A stretch of DNA of 27,470 nt, taken from the IMG/VR virus record IMGVR_UViG_3300046779_000762, positions 1 to 27,470 of that record; one strand, written 5' to 3'. The position numbers and the translations under genes are program-made. This DNA is from a virus. Its lineage: Duplodnaviria > Caudoviricetes. Shown here in pieces: positions 17,430 through 25,900 of the stretch. Below the pieces are notes generated by a model. It did no database searches and had not been told where the DNA came from. It was given only the letters and a program-made list of their open reading frames with translations. Position 1 is the first letter of the stretch; the number at the start of each line of letters is the position of its first letter.

Positions 17430-19043
17430 ATGAGCTCAAACATCGATAAAATTCTTCAAGATTTAGGCGCCGCGCTTAAGGCAGGAGCCGGAAATGGTGC
17501 CTCTTCAAGGGGTATTAGCGACTCTGCTACACGAGAGCAGATGATTGTAACTGACAAAGGCGTTCAAGTTAGCGTATTAACTGCTGACAGAATAAGCGGC
17601 AGTATTAGCGTTGAGGGCACACTAGGTGCTGGCAAAATTGTTGCCGCAGGTACTAGTGAATTTGCTAACTTAAAAGTCAACGGCAAACTAGAAGCAGATA
17701 CGCTGTTAGTTAAGAATGTTATATCTGAGCAAAGTTTAGAAACATTTACTAAGTCTATTGCGTTTGCTTCAAGACAACTGTCCGATTTAGACGGTAAAGG
17801 CTTGCAATGGGACAGCCCGGATATTAGTTATCAGTTTGTGTTCAAAGCAAATCCAAGAAGAATTTTTAGCACAGAAACAATAGATTTATATCGTGGGTCA
17901 AAGTATCAAATTGAAGGCATCGATGTTCTAGAAAAAACAAGGCTTGGAAACTCTGTTAGAGATTCTAATCTAAGAACAGTTGGTCCATTAGAAAGTTTAC
18001 GTGTTACTGGAGAAGCCAACTTAGGCGACACAGTTTTTGTAAACGGACTTGGACGCTTAGGTGTTAATACACAAGAACCAAATGCAGTAATCAGCGCCAT
18101 AGATAACAACGTAGAAGTGTTGTTAGGTGCAGGTGAAGATTCAGTGGGCTTTGTAGGTACTTGGGGCAACAATACATTTGCTATTGTTACCGACAGCACA
18201 AAACGCATCACCGTTTCTGGTAATACTACAGAATTTGGATCACAAAAAAGTAAAAATGCCGTAGTTAAGATTCACGGTAAGTTAGAAGTAGATAGCATCG
18301 TTTCCGATGTTAGAATTGAAAAGACAAGTCCTATAGAATTTATTGCCAGCAAAGATAACAGCATTTTTGGCAAGGGTATGATTTGGAAGGGTGAAGGCGG
18401 CACACGTCAATTCGTAATGGCCCCAAATCCTGATAGAATTTATTCAACAGAATCTATCGACTTATCTGTTAACAAAGAATTTTGGATCGACGGCAAATCT
18501 GTACTAAGCAGAACAGACTTAGGCACAACTGTAACGAATTCTAGTTTGACACAACTAGGAACATTAAAGTCATTAAATGTAGATGGCAACATTAATCTTT
18601 CCGATAGCATTAACATTGTTGACCATGTAATAACTCTTAACAATTCCGTAACTATCAAAGACGGAAACGGTATTGCTACACTAACCAGTCAAGGTATAAC
18701 TGCTGACAAGTTTGCCGTAGGCAACGATTTCGATATCGATTCTCAAGGAAGTATTCGAGTTGGTGACAAGAGCAATACTACTAGAAACGTTAATGTTTAT
18801 GGTAAACTTAGCGTAAACATTACAAACCCAGATCCAGATGCGGCGTTTAGCGTAGATGGAATCATGTCTATTAACGGTAAAAAGTTTGCACATGGTACTA
18901 GCGCACCAACTGAAAAGTCCTGGACTAAAGGAGATATTGTGTGGAACAGTAATCCTGTAGAAACTAGTTATGTTGGTTGGGTATGTGTTATGAGCGGCAC
19001 TCCTGGAACTTGGAAACCATTCGGATACATTGGCGGTAAATGA
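17430..19043 (+). CDS. virion structural/fibre-like protein with an internal duplication (537 aa; start 17430)
   Basis: ATG just after TATAAATA; the 17136 start would overlap the divergent gene. C-terminal APTEKSWTKGDIVWNSNP..GWVCVMSGTPGTW is a typical phage fibre/tailspike C-terminal motif. Confidence 0.75.
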   Translation: MSSNIDKILQDLGAALKAGAGNGASSRGISDSATREQMIVTDKGVQVSVLTADRISGSISVEGTLGAGKIVAAGTSEFANLKVNGKLEADTLLVKNVISEQSLETFTKSIAFASRQLSDLDGKGLQWDSPDISYQFVFKANPRRIFSTETIDLYRGSKYQIEGIDVLEKTRLGNSVRDSNLRTVGPLESLRVTGEANLGDTVFVNGLGRLGVNTQEPNAVISAIDNNVEVLLGAGEDSVGFVGTWGNNTFAIVTDSTKRITVSGNTTEFGSQKSKNAVVKIHGKLEVDSIVSDVRIEKTSPIEFIASKDNSIFGKGMIWKGEGGTRQFVMAPNPDRIYSTESIDLSVNKEFWIDGKSVLSRTDLGTTVTNSSLTQLGTLKSLNVDGNINLSDSINIVDHVITLNNSVTIKDGNGIATLTSQGITADKFAVGNDFDIDSQGSIRVGDKSNTTRNVNVYGKLSVNITNPDPDAAFSVDGIMSINGKKFAHGTSAPTEKSWTKGDIVWNSNPVETSYVGWVCVMSGTPGTWKPFGYIGGK

Positions 19044-19609
19044 TTATAGTACTTGGTAACGGCCAATCAAGACAACACTTAAATTTAGATAGTTTTACAG
19101 AAACAAAAATCGGTTGCAATGCTATTCATAGAGATCACTATGTAGACCATTTAGTCTGTGTAGATAGAAGAATGGTTCAAGAAGCATTGGATTCTAAATA
19201 TACAGGAAACATCTATACAAGAGCCGAATGGGAACATTTTTTTAAGCACAAGCCTATAAAAATACTTCCTGAGTTACCTTATAAAGGTTCTACAAGACCC
19301 GACGAACCAGAACAATGGGGAAGTGGGCCTTATGCAGTTTTACTGGCCGCATTATTAGACGATCACATTAGCATGTACGGGTTCGACTTGTTTAGTCCAA
19401 CACCATATGTTAACAACATCTACAAAGACACTCCCAACTACGATAGTTCAAACAAGTCTGCTATAGATCCTAGATATTGGATATACCAGATTTCTAAAGT
19501 ATTTCAATGTTTTCCTGATAAGTACTTTTCAGTTTACAATCACGCAACCTGGTCTATGCCAGCAGAGTGGCATTTGGCAAACATCGAGTTCAAAACACTT
19601 GACCTATAA
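19040..19609 (+). CDS. Rossmann-like protein (MptE/DUF115 or sialyltransferase-like fold)
   Basis: IVLGNGQSR...IGCNAIHRD..VDHLVCVD...SGPYAVLLA...MYGFDL. Confidence 0.55.
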   Translation: MIIVLGNGQSRQHLNLDSFTETKIGCNAIHRDHYVDHLVCVDRRMVQEALDSKYTGNIYTRAEWEHFFKHKPIKILPELPYKGSTRPDEPEQWGSGPYAVLLAALLDDHISMYGFDLFSPTPYVNNIYKDTPNYDSSNKSAIDPRYWIYQISKVFQCFPDKYFSVYNHATWSMPAEWHLANIEFKTLDL

Positions 19610-19627
19610 ACCTAAATAATGTAAACT
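19599..19627 (+). promoter_or_regulatory. sigma70-type promoter for queD; the spacer also contains a late-type CCTAAATA
   Basis: TTGACC at 19599-19604, 17 nt spacer, TAAACT at 19622-19627. Confidence 0.6.
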
Positions 19628-19636
19628 ATTTCTATT

Positions 19637-19683
19637 AGTGGACTTGACGCTCATCCCACTTTAAAGACTCTGCGTGTCATCAA
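19637..19683 (+). ncRNA. candidate preQ1-I-like riboswitch / structured leader upstream of queD
   Basis: Stem AGUGG(19637-41)/CCACU(19656-60); loop ACUUGACGCUCAUC; 3' tail UUAAAGACUCUGCGUGUCA complementary to the loop (possible pseudoknot); lies in the queD 5' UTR. Confidence 0.5.
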
Positions 19684-19706
19684 ACTTAACTTTTAAAGGG
19701 CAAGAG

Positions 19707-20264
19707 ATGACTTGGATTATCGACAAAACTTTTGAATTCTGTTATGGTCACAGAGTTCACACACAAACACTCAACGGTGAATATGCGGCAGATTTAAAAT
19801 GTGCTTGCAGACACTTACATGGACACGAAGGCAAGATGCAAGTGTTCCTCACAGCACCAAAACTAGATAAAACTGGTATGGTTACTGACTTTAGACATTT
19901 AGAATGGCTAAAGAAATGGATCAACACTTATATTGACCATCAATTCGTTATCGACAGAAACGACCCGCTATACAATCAAATTATTGGTCAAAACGTTCCG
20001 CTAGTTCCTGTATTAGTTCCAGAGACTGAACATGTTGCTGGATATCATATCGACCCAGACTTTTACAAGAGCAAGAGCGGCCCTGAGCAAGAATACTTTG
20101 AAGGCTTCATGGTTGTGGACTTTGTTCCAACTAGCGAACATCTAAGTGCTTGGATGGCTGAGCTTGTAGAAGCAAAGATGAAGAAACTTGGAGTAACTGT
20201 ACATCACATTGATTGGTGGGAAACTCCTAAATCTAGAAGTGTATTTTACAGAGATGGTGCGTAA
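19707..20264 (+). CDS. queD: 6-carboxy-5,6,7,8-tetrahydropterin synthase (QueD/PTPS family)
   Basis: IDKTFEFCYGHRV, CRHLHGH (CxxxHGH), GMVTDF, IDHQFV, VPTSEHL and ETP motifs. The start is at 19707 (MTWIIDK); the GTG at 19674 lies inside the structured leader. Confidence 0.88.
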   Translation: MTWIIDKTFEFCYGHRVHTQTLNGEYAADLKCACRHLHGHEGKMQVFLTAPKLDKTGMVTDFRHLEWLKKWINTYIDHQFVIDRNDPLYNQIIGQNVPLVPVLVPETEHVAGYHIDPDFYKSKSGPEQEYFEGFMVVDFVPTSEHLSAWMAELVEAKMKKLGVTVHHIDWWETPKSRSVFYRDGA

Positions 20265-20415
20265 ATTTTGGAGACTATGGGCAAAAGCTCTTGGCGAAAA
20301 AGCCGGTGCTACTAAACAAGAAGCAGACCGAGTTGCAATGATTCGGACTGCTATTGTACTATGTTACATCGTAACTAATATGTTTATTGTTGCAGGCGTT
20401 ATAAGGCATTGGTAA
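20254..20415 (+). CDS. small predicted membrane protein (53 aa)
   Basis: MVRKFWRLWAKALGEKAG...AIVLCYIVTNMFIVAGVIRHW; one C-terminal hydrophobic helix. Confidence 0.65.
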   Translation: MVRKFWRLWAKALGEKAGATKQEADRVAMIRTAIVLCYIVTNMFIVAGVIRHW

Positions 20416-20417
20416 AA

Positions 20418-20561
20418 ATGATTGATAAAGATTGGTTAGAGCGTGTAACTATCGCATACAAAGTTTATACTAGAGAAGTTGGTCCTAGTTACCCTATCGA
20501 ACATTTCATCGATTGGTTGTACAAACAATACGGTATAGTGAAACCAGAGAAAGATGATTAA
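20418..20561 (+). CDS. small hypothetical protein (47 aa, absent from the ORF track)
   Basis: Translated by hand: MIDKDWLERVTIAYKVYTREVGPSYPIEHFIDWLYKQYGIVKPEKDD*; it fills the gap between neighbours exactly. Confidence 0.6.
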   Translation: MIDKDWLERVTIAYKVYTREVGPSYPIEHFIDWLYKQYGIVKPEKDD

Positions 20562-21252
20562 TGTTATCTGTTTGAAACACGGTACAAAGTACAGTTCCGA
20601 TTATGTAAACAAACTGTACAACATGGTTAAAAGGCACTTAACTGTGCCTTTTGACTTTTATTGTTTTACAGAAGATCCATCTAATTTAAATCCCGAAATA
20701 AAAATTAAGCCGTTGCCCGTTAGCAATAAGTTTTCAGGCTGGTGGTGGAAACCGTACTTGTTTAAAAAAGGACACTTTCCTGACGGAGATGTAAATTTAT
20801 TTTTTGACTTAGATATGGTCATAGTAGGAAACATAGACAAGTTAGTTAACTACTTGCCTGGTGAATTTATTGGTTTGGAAGATGTAGGCCGTGTGTTCAG
20901 GCGTGTACCTCCAAAATTAGGAAGTGCTGTTTTACGTTGGCCTAGCAACCATTTTTCGGATATTTGGGATAGGTTAGAAGCAGACCCTGCATTAACCAAA
21001 AAGTTCCCCGGCGATCAAGATTGGGTTTGGGCGTCATACAAAAGTACTATAAAATTCTTTCCAGAAACTTGGATACAGAGCTATAAATGGGAAATAAGAT
21101 CTAGGGAAGAGTTGATTAGGGTTGCAGGTAAAAACGTGTTTAAGACGGTGCGTAGCCCGTCTATGAACCCGGATTGTAGCGTTATTGCGTTCCACGGAAC
21201 ACCAAATCCGGAGGATGTACAGGATCCAATTATAGTTGACAACTGGTGCTAA
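20554..21252 (+). CDS. glycosyltransferase (GT-A fold, GT8-like)
   Basis: ICLKHGTKYSSDYVNKL, WWWKPYLF, DxD motif FFDLD, GDQDW and FHGTPNP. Confidence 0.8.
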   Translation: MINVICLKHGTKYSSDYVNKLYNMVKRHLTVPFDFYCFTEDPSNLNPEIKIKPLPVSNKFSGWWWKPYLFKKGHFPDGDVNLFFDLDMVIVGNIDKLVNYLPGEFIGLEDVGRVFRRVPPKLGSAVLRWPSNHFSDIWDRLEADPALTKKFPGDQDWVWASYKSTIKFFPETWIQSYKWEIRSREELIRVAGKNVFKTVRSPSMNPDCSVIAFHGTPNPEDVQDPIIVDNWC

Positions 21253-21264
21253 TTATTGTATAAT
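21236..21264 (+). promoter_or_regulatory. perfect sigma70 promoter; predicted +1 at the ATG at 21271 (leaderless)
   Basis: TTGACA at 21236-21241, 17 nt spacer, TATAAT at 21259-21264, 6 nt to the ATG; no SD. Confidence 0.85.
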
Positions 21265-21270
21265 AGCAAT

Positions 21271-22290
21271 ATGACTAAACGTATTGGCTTCGCTTGCAAA
21301 TGGATCGATTACCCTCATCAAGTAGATGGCATTAAGCCAAAAGATGAGTGTAAAATTTATAACACTGGCACAACTACTATCAGTTGGCTTAAACGCCAAT
21401 CGAGAGATGTTGCTGAACAGAAACTGTGGGACTTGGCTGTTCAAAATATTGAAGCCACTTACAAATTAGTTGAAAGGGTAAGTACATTAGATGATGAACT
21501 CCGTATGGTCCGTATTAGCAGTGATATTCTTCCTGCTTACACTCATGATGACTATCGTGATTTTTATAAGCGAACAGATGTGCTTACACTACTTGAACGA
21601 GAATTTTCAAAAATCGGAGTTCTGGCTAAAAGTAAACAAGTTCGCGTTTCTATGCACCCTGGTCAGTTCACTGTGCTGGCTAGTGACAATCCTTCCATCG
21701 TTAATCGCTCTATAGAGGAATTTGAATATCATGCGGATATGGCACGTTTCATGGGCTACGGTAAATCCTTTCAGGACTTCAAGATCAACGTCCACATTGC
21801 GGGTAGAGCCGGTCCAGAAGGCATCCGAAGTGCGTACAAACGACTATCGCCAGAAGCAAGAAACTGTATTACAATCGAAAACGAAGAAATAAGTTATGGA
21901 TTATCTGACTGTCTTAGTATCGCTGACATCGTTCCTATTGTACTCGATATTCACCATCATTGGATTAGGGAAGGGGAATATATCTCGCCTAGCGATGATA
22001 GGGTCAAGCGTGTTTTGGACAGTTGGCGTGGTATCCGTCCTACTTTACATTATAGCGTCAGTCGCGAAGATGTTCTTGTAAATCATTGTAAAGAAACAAT
22101 GCCGGATCATAAGATTCTGTTGGAATCCGGACACAAAAAAGCAAAACTCAGAGCTCACTCAAACTTCTACTGGAATACAGCAGTGAATAAGTGGGCTCTG
22201 AGTTTTAGAGACCAATTTGATATTATGTGCGAGTCTAAGGCTAAGAACTTAGCCTCAATGGACTTGCACAAACAATCAATTACTTCTTAG
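21271..22290 (+). CDS. uvsE: UV DNA damage endonuclease (UvsE/UVDE)
   Basis: RIGFAC, RISSDILP, RVSMHPGQFTVL, INVHIAG, ITIENEE, VLDIHHH, LHYS, RAHS and IMCESKAK motifs. Confidence 0.93.
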   Translation: MTKRIGFACKWIDYPHQVDGIKPKDECKIYNTGTTTISWLKRQSRDVAEQKLWDLAVQNIEATYKLVERVSTLDDELRMVRISSDILPAYTHDDYRDFYKRTDVLTLLEREFSKIGVLAKSKQVRVSMHPGQFTVLASDNPSIVNRSIEEFEYHADMARFMGYGKSFQDFKINVHIAGRAGPEGIRSAYKRLSPEARNCITIENEEISYGLSDCLSIADIVPIVLDIHHHWIREGEYISPSDDRVKRVLDSWRGIRPTLHYSVSREDVLVNHCKETMPDHKILLESGHKKAKLRAHSNFYWNTAVNKWALSFRDQFDIMCESKAKNLASMDLHKQSITS

Positions 22291-22522
22291 TCTTTTTTGC
22301 AGGTGCCTTTTTAGCAGGCGCGGCTGTTTTTGGAGCACGTGGCTTGCGAGGCTTCTTAGCAGGTGCTTTTTCAGCAACTGGTGCTTCAACAACAATAGAC
22401 TCAACTACGGCCTGTGTTGCTTGTTCAGCAACCGGGCTTTGAGTTTCTACTTTATATGGGCACTCTTCTACCTTAGTTTCCTCGGCCTTTTTTCCAAATA
22501 AGTTTTTAATAAATCCGAACAT
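22280..22522 (-). CDS. small protein with a Lys/Ala/Pro-rich (histone H1-like) tail
   Basis: AGGAGG SD; C-terminus APAKKPRKPRAPKTAAPAKKAPAKKTKK. Confidence 0.75.
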   Translation of the reverse strand: MFGFIKNLFGKKAEETKVEECPYKVETQSPVAEQATQAVVESIVVEAPVAEKAPAKKPRKPRAPKTAAPAKKAPAKKTKK

Positions 22523-22545
22523 TCTATGTTCCTCCTATGAGCAGA

Positions 22546-22553
22546 TATTTATA
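22546..22553 (-). promoter_or_regulatory. T4-late-type promoter TATAAATA
   Basis: Exact TATAAATA on the minus strand, overlapping the upstream stop codon and followed by AGGAGG and the ATG at 22522. Confidence 0.65.
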
Positions 22554-22836
22554 ATTTGCTTATATCATCTAGGCTAGAAACAGTCTTATCCCATATAATT
22601 TTACGTTCTGCTCCTTTTTTCTGTGCAAAACGTTTAGGGTTACAGTTAGTACAACAATGAAAGAAATTGTTGTTAAGCCTATTAGGATCCATCTTTCCTT
22701 TATCGCGTTTGAAGACTTCTCCGCAGTTATCACAGCGTAGTACAACTACACTTTTTTTTCGTTCATACTTGTGCTCTACTCCTAGTTTACTAGTTCGAGT
22801 ATGCGTTGTTTTTTCTACATCAATCTTTATGAACAT
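22549..22836 (-). CDS. small putative Zn-finger protein
   Basis: CDNC...HCCTNC; basic, 95 aa. Confidence 0.7.
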   Translation of the reverse strand: MFIKIDVEKTTHTRTSKLGVEHKYERKKSVVVLRCDNCGEVFKRDKGKMDPNRLNNNFFHCCTNCNPKRFAQKKGAERKIIWDKTVSSLDDISKL

Positions 22837-22840
22837 CAGT

Positions 22841-22876
22841 TATTTACATTAAGGTTATAAAATTATCTGCTAAATA
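22841..22876. promoter_or_regulatory. divergent late-type TAAATA motifs
   Basis: Minus-strand TGTAAATA at 22841-22848 and plus-strand GCTAAATA at 22869-22876; GGAG SD before the ATG at 22907. Confidence 0.5.
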
Positions 22877-22906
22877 TTGGATACAAAGTATTTTTGGAGT
22901 ATCCTA

Positions 22907-25900
22907 ATGGCACGTAAAATAGTCGACATCGGCGTATCAGGTAATGACGGAACTGGTGATAGTATCCGTGAAGCGTTTAGAAAAACGAACGAAAACTTTC
23001 AAGAATTATATGCAGTTTTTGGTCAAGGTGGCTTTTTAAAGTTCACAGACCTAAGTGATACCCCAGACACATTAATTGGACAAGGCAATAAACTGCCTGT
23101 TGTTAATGCTATTGGTACTGGACTAATCTTTAAGGACTTCTTCAGCCCTAATGGTACTATTCAGTTCGATTATTCCGAACCTGAAACATTTGACATTGTA
23201 AGCGTTCAGCGAGCAAGCGGTGTTGCTACTATTACATTATCTGAGAATCATAACTTAGATCCTGGTCAAAAAGTTACAGTTGCATCAACCGACAATACTT
23301 CATTTAATACATCTTCTGCTACACTAATTGCAGGAACATCTGGCTCCGTTTTAGTTTATAACAATGCTGGTACAGATTTATCAACTAGTGCGGCGGCAGG
23401 TACTATTTCTAGTTACGGCTCTATTAAAATTGACACACTAAGCTCTAAACTAGAAGATGACCCATTACCAAAATTATCATATTCGTTAAATGCTAGTAAC
23501 CAATTAATCGGTGGTTTACGTAGCCCAATTAACAATACAGAATTCCAAACTGCGGTTAACAATTTTAACACTAACCACGGTACACTTTATAGCACAGATA
23601 GTTTTGCTATTAACAAAGGCTATGCTGATGCCAAGTATGTAAACATCACCGGCGACACAATGACTGGACACTTGAACGTGCCAGCAAATGCATCTGGTAA
23701 CGAAGCACCACGTGCTAGTGAAGTTGTTTTAAAGACTGGCGGAGACATGACCGGTATTTTAAACTTAGCAGATCACCCAGGTGGTTTGTCAGGTTCCGGT
23801 ACTCCTAACGGCATTGACGATTTACAAGCCGCTACAAAGTATTATGTTGATAGTTCAAGTTACAACAGTAGATACAACATTTACGTAACACCTGGCGGTG
23901 ATGATAGTCAAGCACGTACTCCAAAAGGACAAGAAGGCCGTAGTAAATCGTATGCCTATGCAAGTATTAACAAAGCCTGTCAAAAAGCAGAACAATTAAT
24001 TGCAGACGCTCCATGGGAAACAGGTCCTTATCGTCAGTTAATTGCCTATGGCGATGGCGAAGCATTTTCAGAAGTTACACAAATAACTTCAGGTGCATCT
24101 GGAACAACACGAGTTTATTTTACTAACAACGGCGGTTCTCGTGTTGACCAAGGCAGACTTCCAAAGCCTGACATTGTATCAGGTAAAATTGTTGTTGGAC
24201 GTAACAGTGGTGCTCAAGGTTTCATTTATCAGTACTATGGTGCAGACGGTAGTTCATCTGTAGGTGAAGACTATTTTGACTTACAAGATGTTATTGGTAC
24301 TTTTGAAATTGGGGAAAACTTAGAGTTTGACCAAGCAGTTAAAAACATTCAGATCTCTGTTATGGTCGAGTCTGGTGTTTACTACGAAGATTATCCAATT
24401 CGTATTCCTGCTAACACCGCAGTTGTTGGTGACGAATTACGTCGTGTAATTGTTCGTCCTGCAGATAGACCAAGTCGTAGCCCATGGGTTGACATTTGGT
24501 TCCGCAGAGATTTAACGTTCGACGGATTAGATCTAACATCTACAGAATACGGATATCACTACTTAACAGACCCATCCGACATTCTAAGTGAACCAAAGAA
24601 CAACAGAGACATCGACGTATTCCTATGTAACGATGCTGTTATTATTCGTCAAATTAGTTGCCAAGGACACGGCGGCTTCATGATGGTACTTGACCCAGAA
24701 GGTCAAATCTTATCCAAGTCTGCATACTGTCAACAGTCGGGTTCGTTTGCTGGTTCATTAAACAAACAACGTTTCGCTGGTGGTCAATACGTTGACGGCT
24801 TTGCTGGCAACGTTTCTATGAAGATTCAAGAAAAACTAAGCGACACAGAGTTCTTAGTTACAGGATCAGAACGTGCTCCAACAACACCATGTTCGTTTGT
24901 TGTTGACGGTAGAATTTTCAAAGTTGAAGCCTATACAGATGATGGTACAGGTTACGGTAGTGCAAGAAAACTTATCCGTAGAAACATCGAATTTATCAAA
25001 GCAGAAGTTATTGGATATATTAATACTGAACTAAGTCCACCGTTCCAATTTAACGAAACTAAGTGTGCTCGTGACGTTGGGTTAATCGTTGATACGTTGG
25101 GTTACGACTTAGCGTTAGGAACTAACTTCAACGCTGTAAGAGCCGGACAATCTTACTATAGAGGAACACAGTATAGTATTCTTCCAGACCAAAAAGACGA
25201 ATACTTAGATGCGTTAGTTTATACAAGAAGTTTAATTTCTGAAGTATTGTCAGGCAACAGCGTTGCTAGAACTAGAGCAGAAGATAGTTTTGACGAAATT
25301 ACTGACATCATTGCCAACGGTGTTGAATCCTCCGATGTTATTACATGGGGCATTCCATCTGGCACAGATACTAATAAAGTAGATGCTAAAGACTTGCTAT
25401 TAAGCAACTTAGAATTTATTACAGAAGAAGTTATTGCGTGGATTGCAGAAGAATATCCAGACTTTGTTTACGATGAAACTAAATGTCGTCGTGATACAGG
25501 ATACATTATTAACTCTGTTATCTATGACTTACTATACGGCGGTAACTCTGCAACTGTTGAAGCAGGTTTACAATACTACGACGGCAATGGAAGTTTACAG
25601 ATCCCTGGACAAACTTTACAAACAACAGAAGTTATTGCGTATGCAAGTAGTATTGCTCAATTAATTGTTGAGAACACACCAGTACCGTTCCCAAAACAAA
25701 GTGCTGTAGTTCAAACATTTGATTTAGATAATCCAGCGACTGCTACAGAAGCAGATCGAATTGGTGTGTTGATGGGTTACATCAATACAATTATTTTAGG
25801 CGGTAGAGATGCGGCACCAACTATCGAATATCCTTCATTAGACGGCGTTGCTGGTTCCTTAACTGACAGTAGAACACTATTGCTTTCAAACAAAGAAAGC

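Noticed and set aside
25219-25664. Short ORFs 25219..25407 (-) and 25434..25664 (+) from the ORF track
   Set aside because: Both lie within the giant open frame starting at 22907, which the track missed because it has no stop codon in the window.
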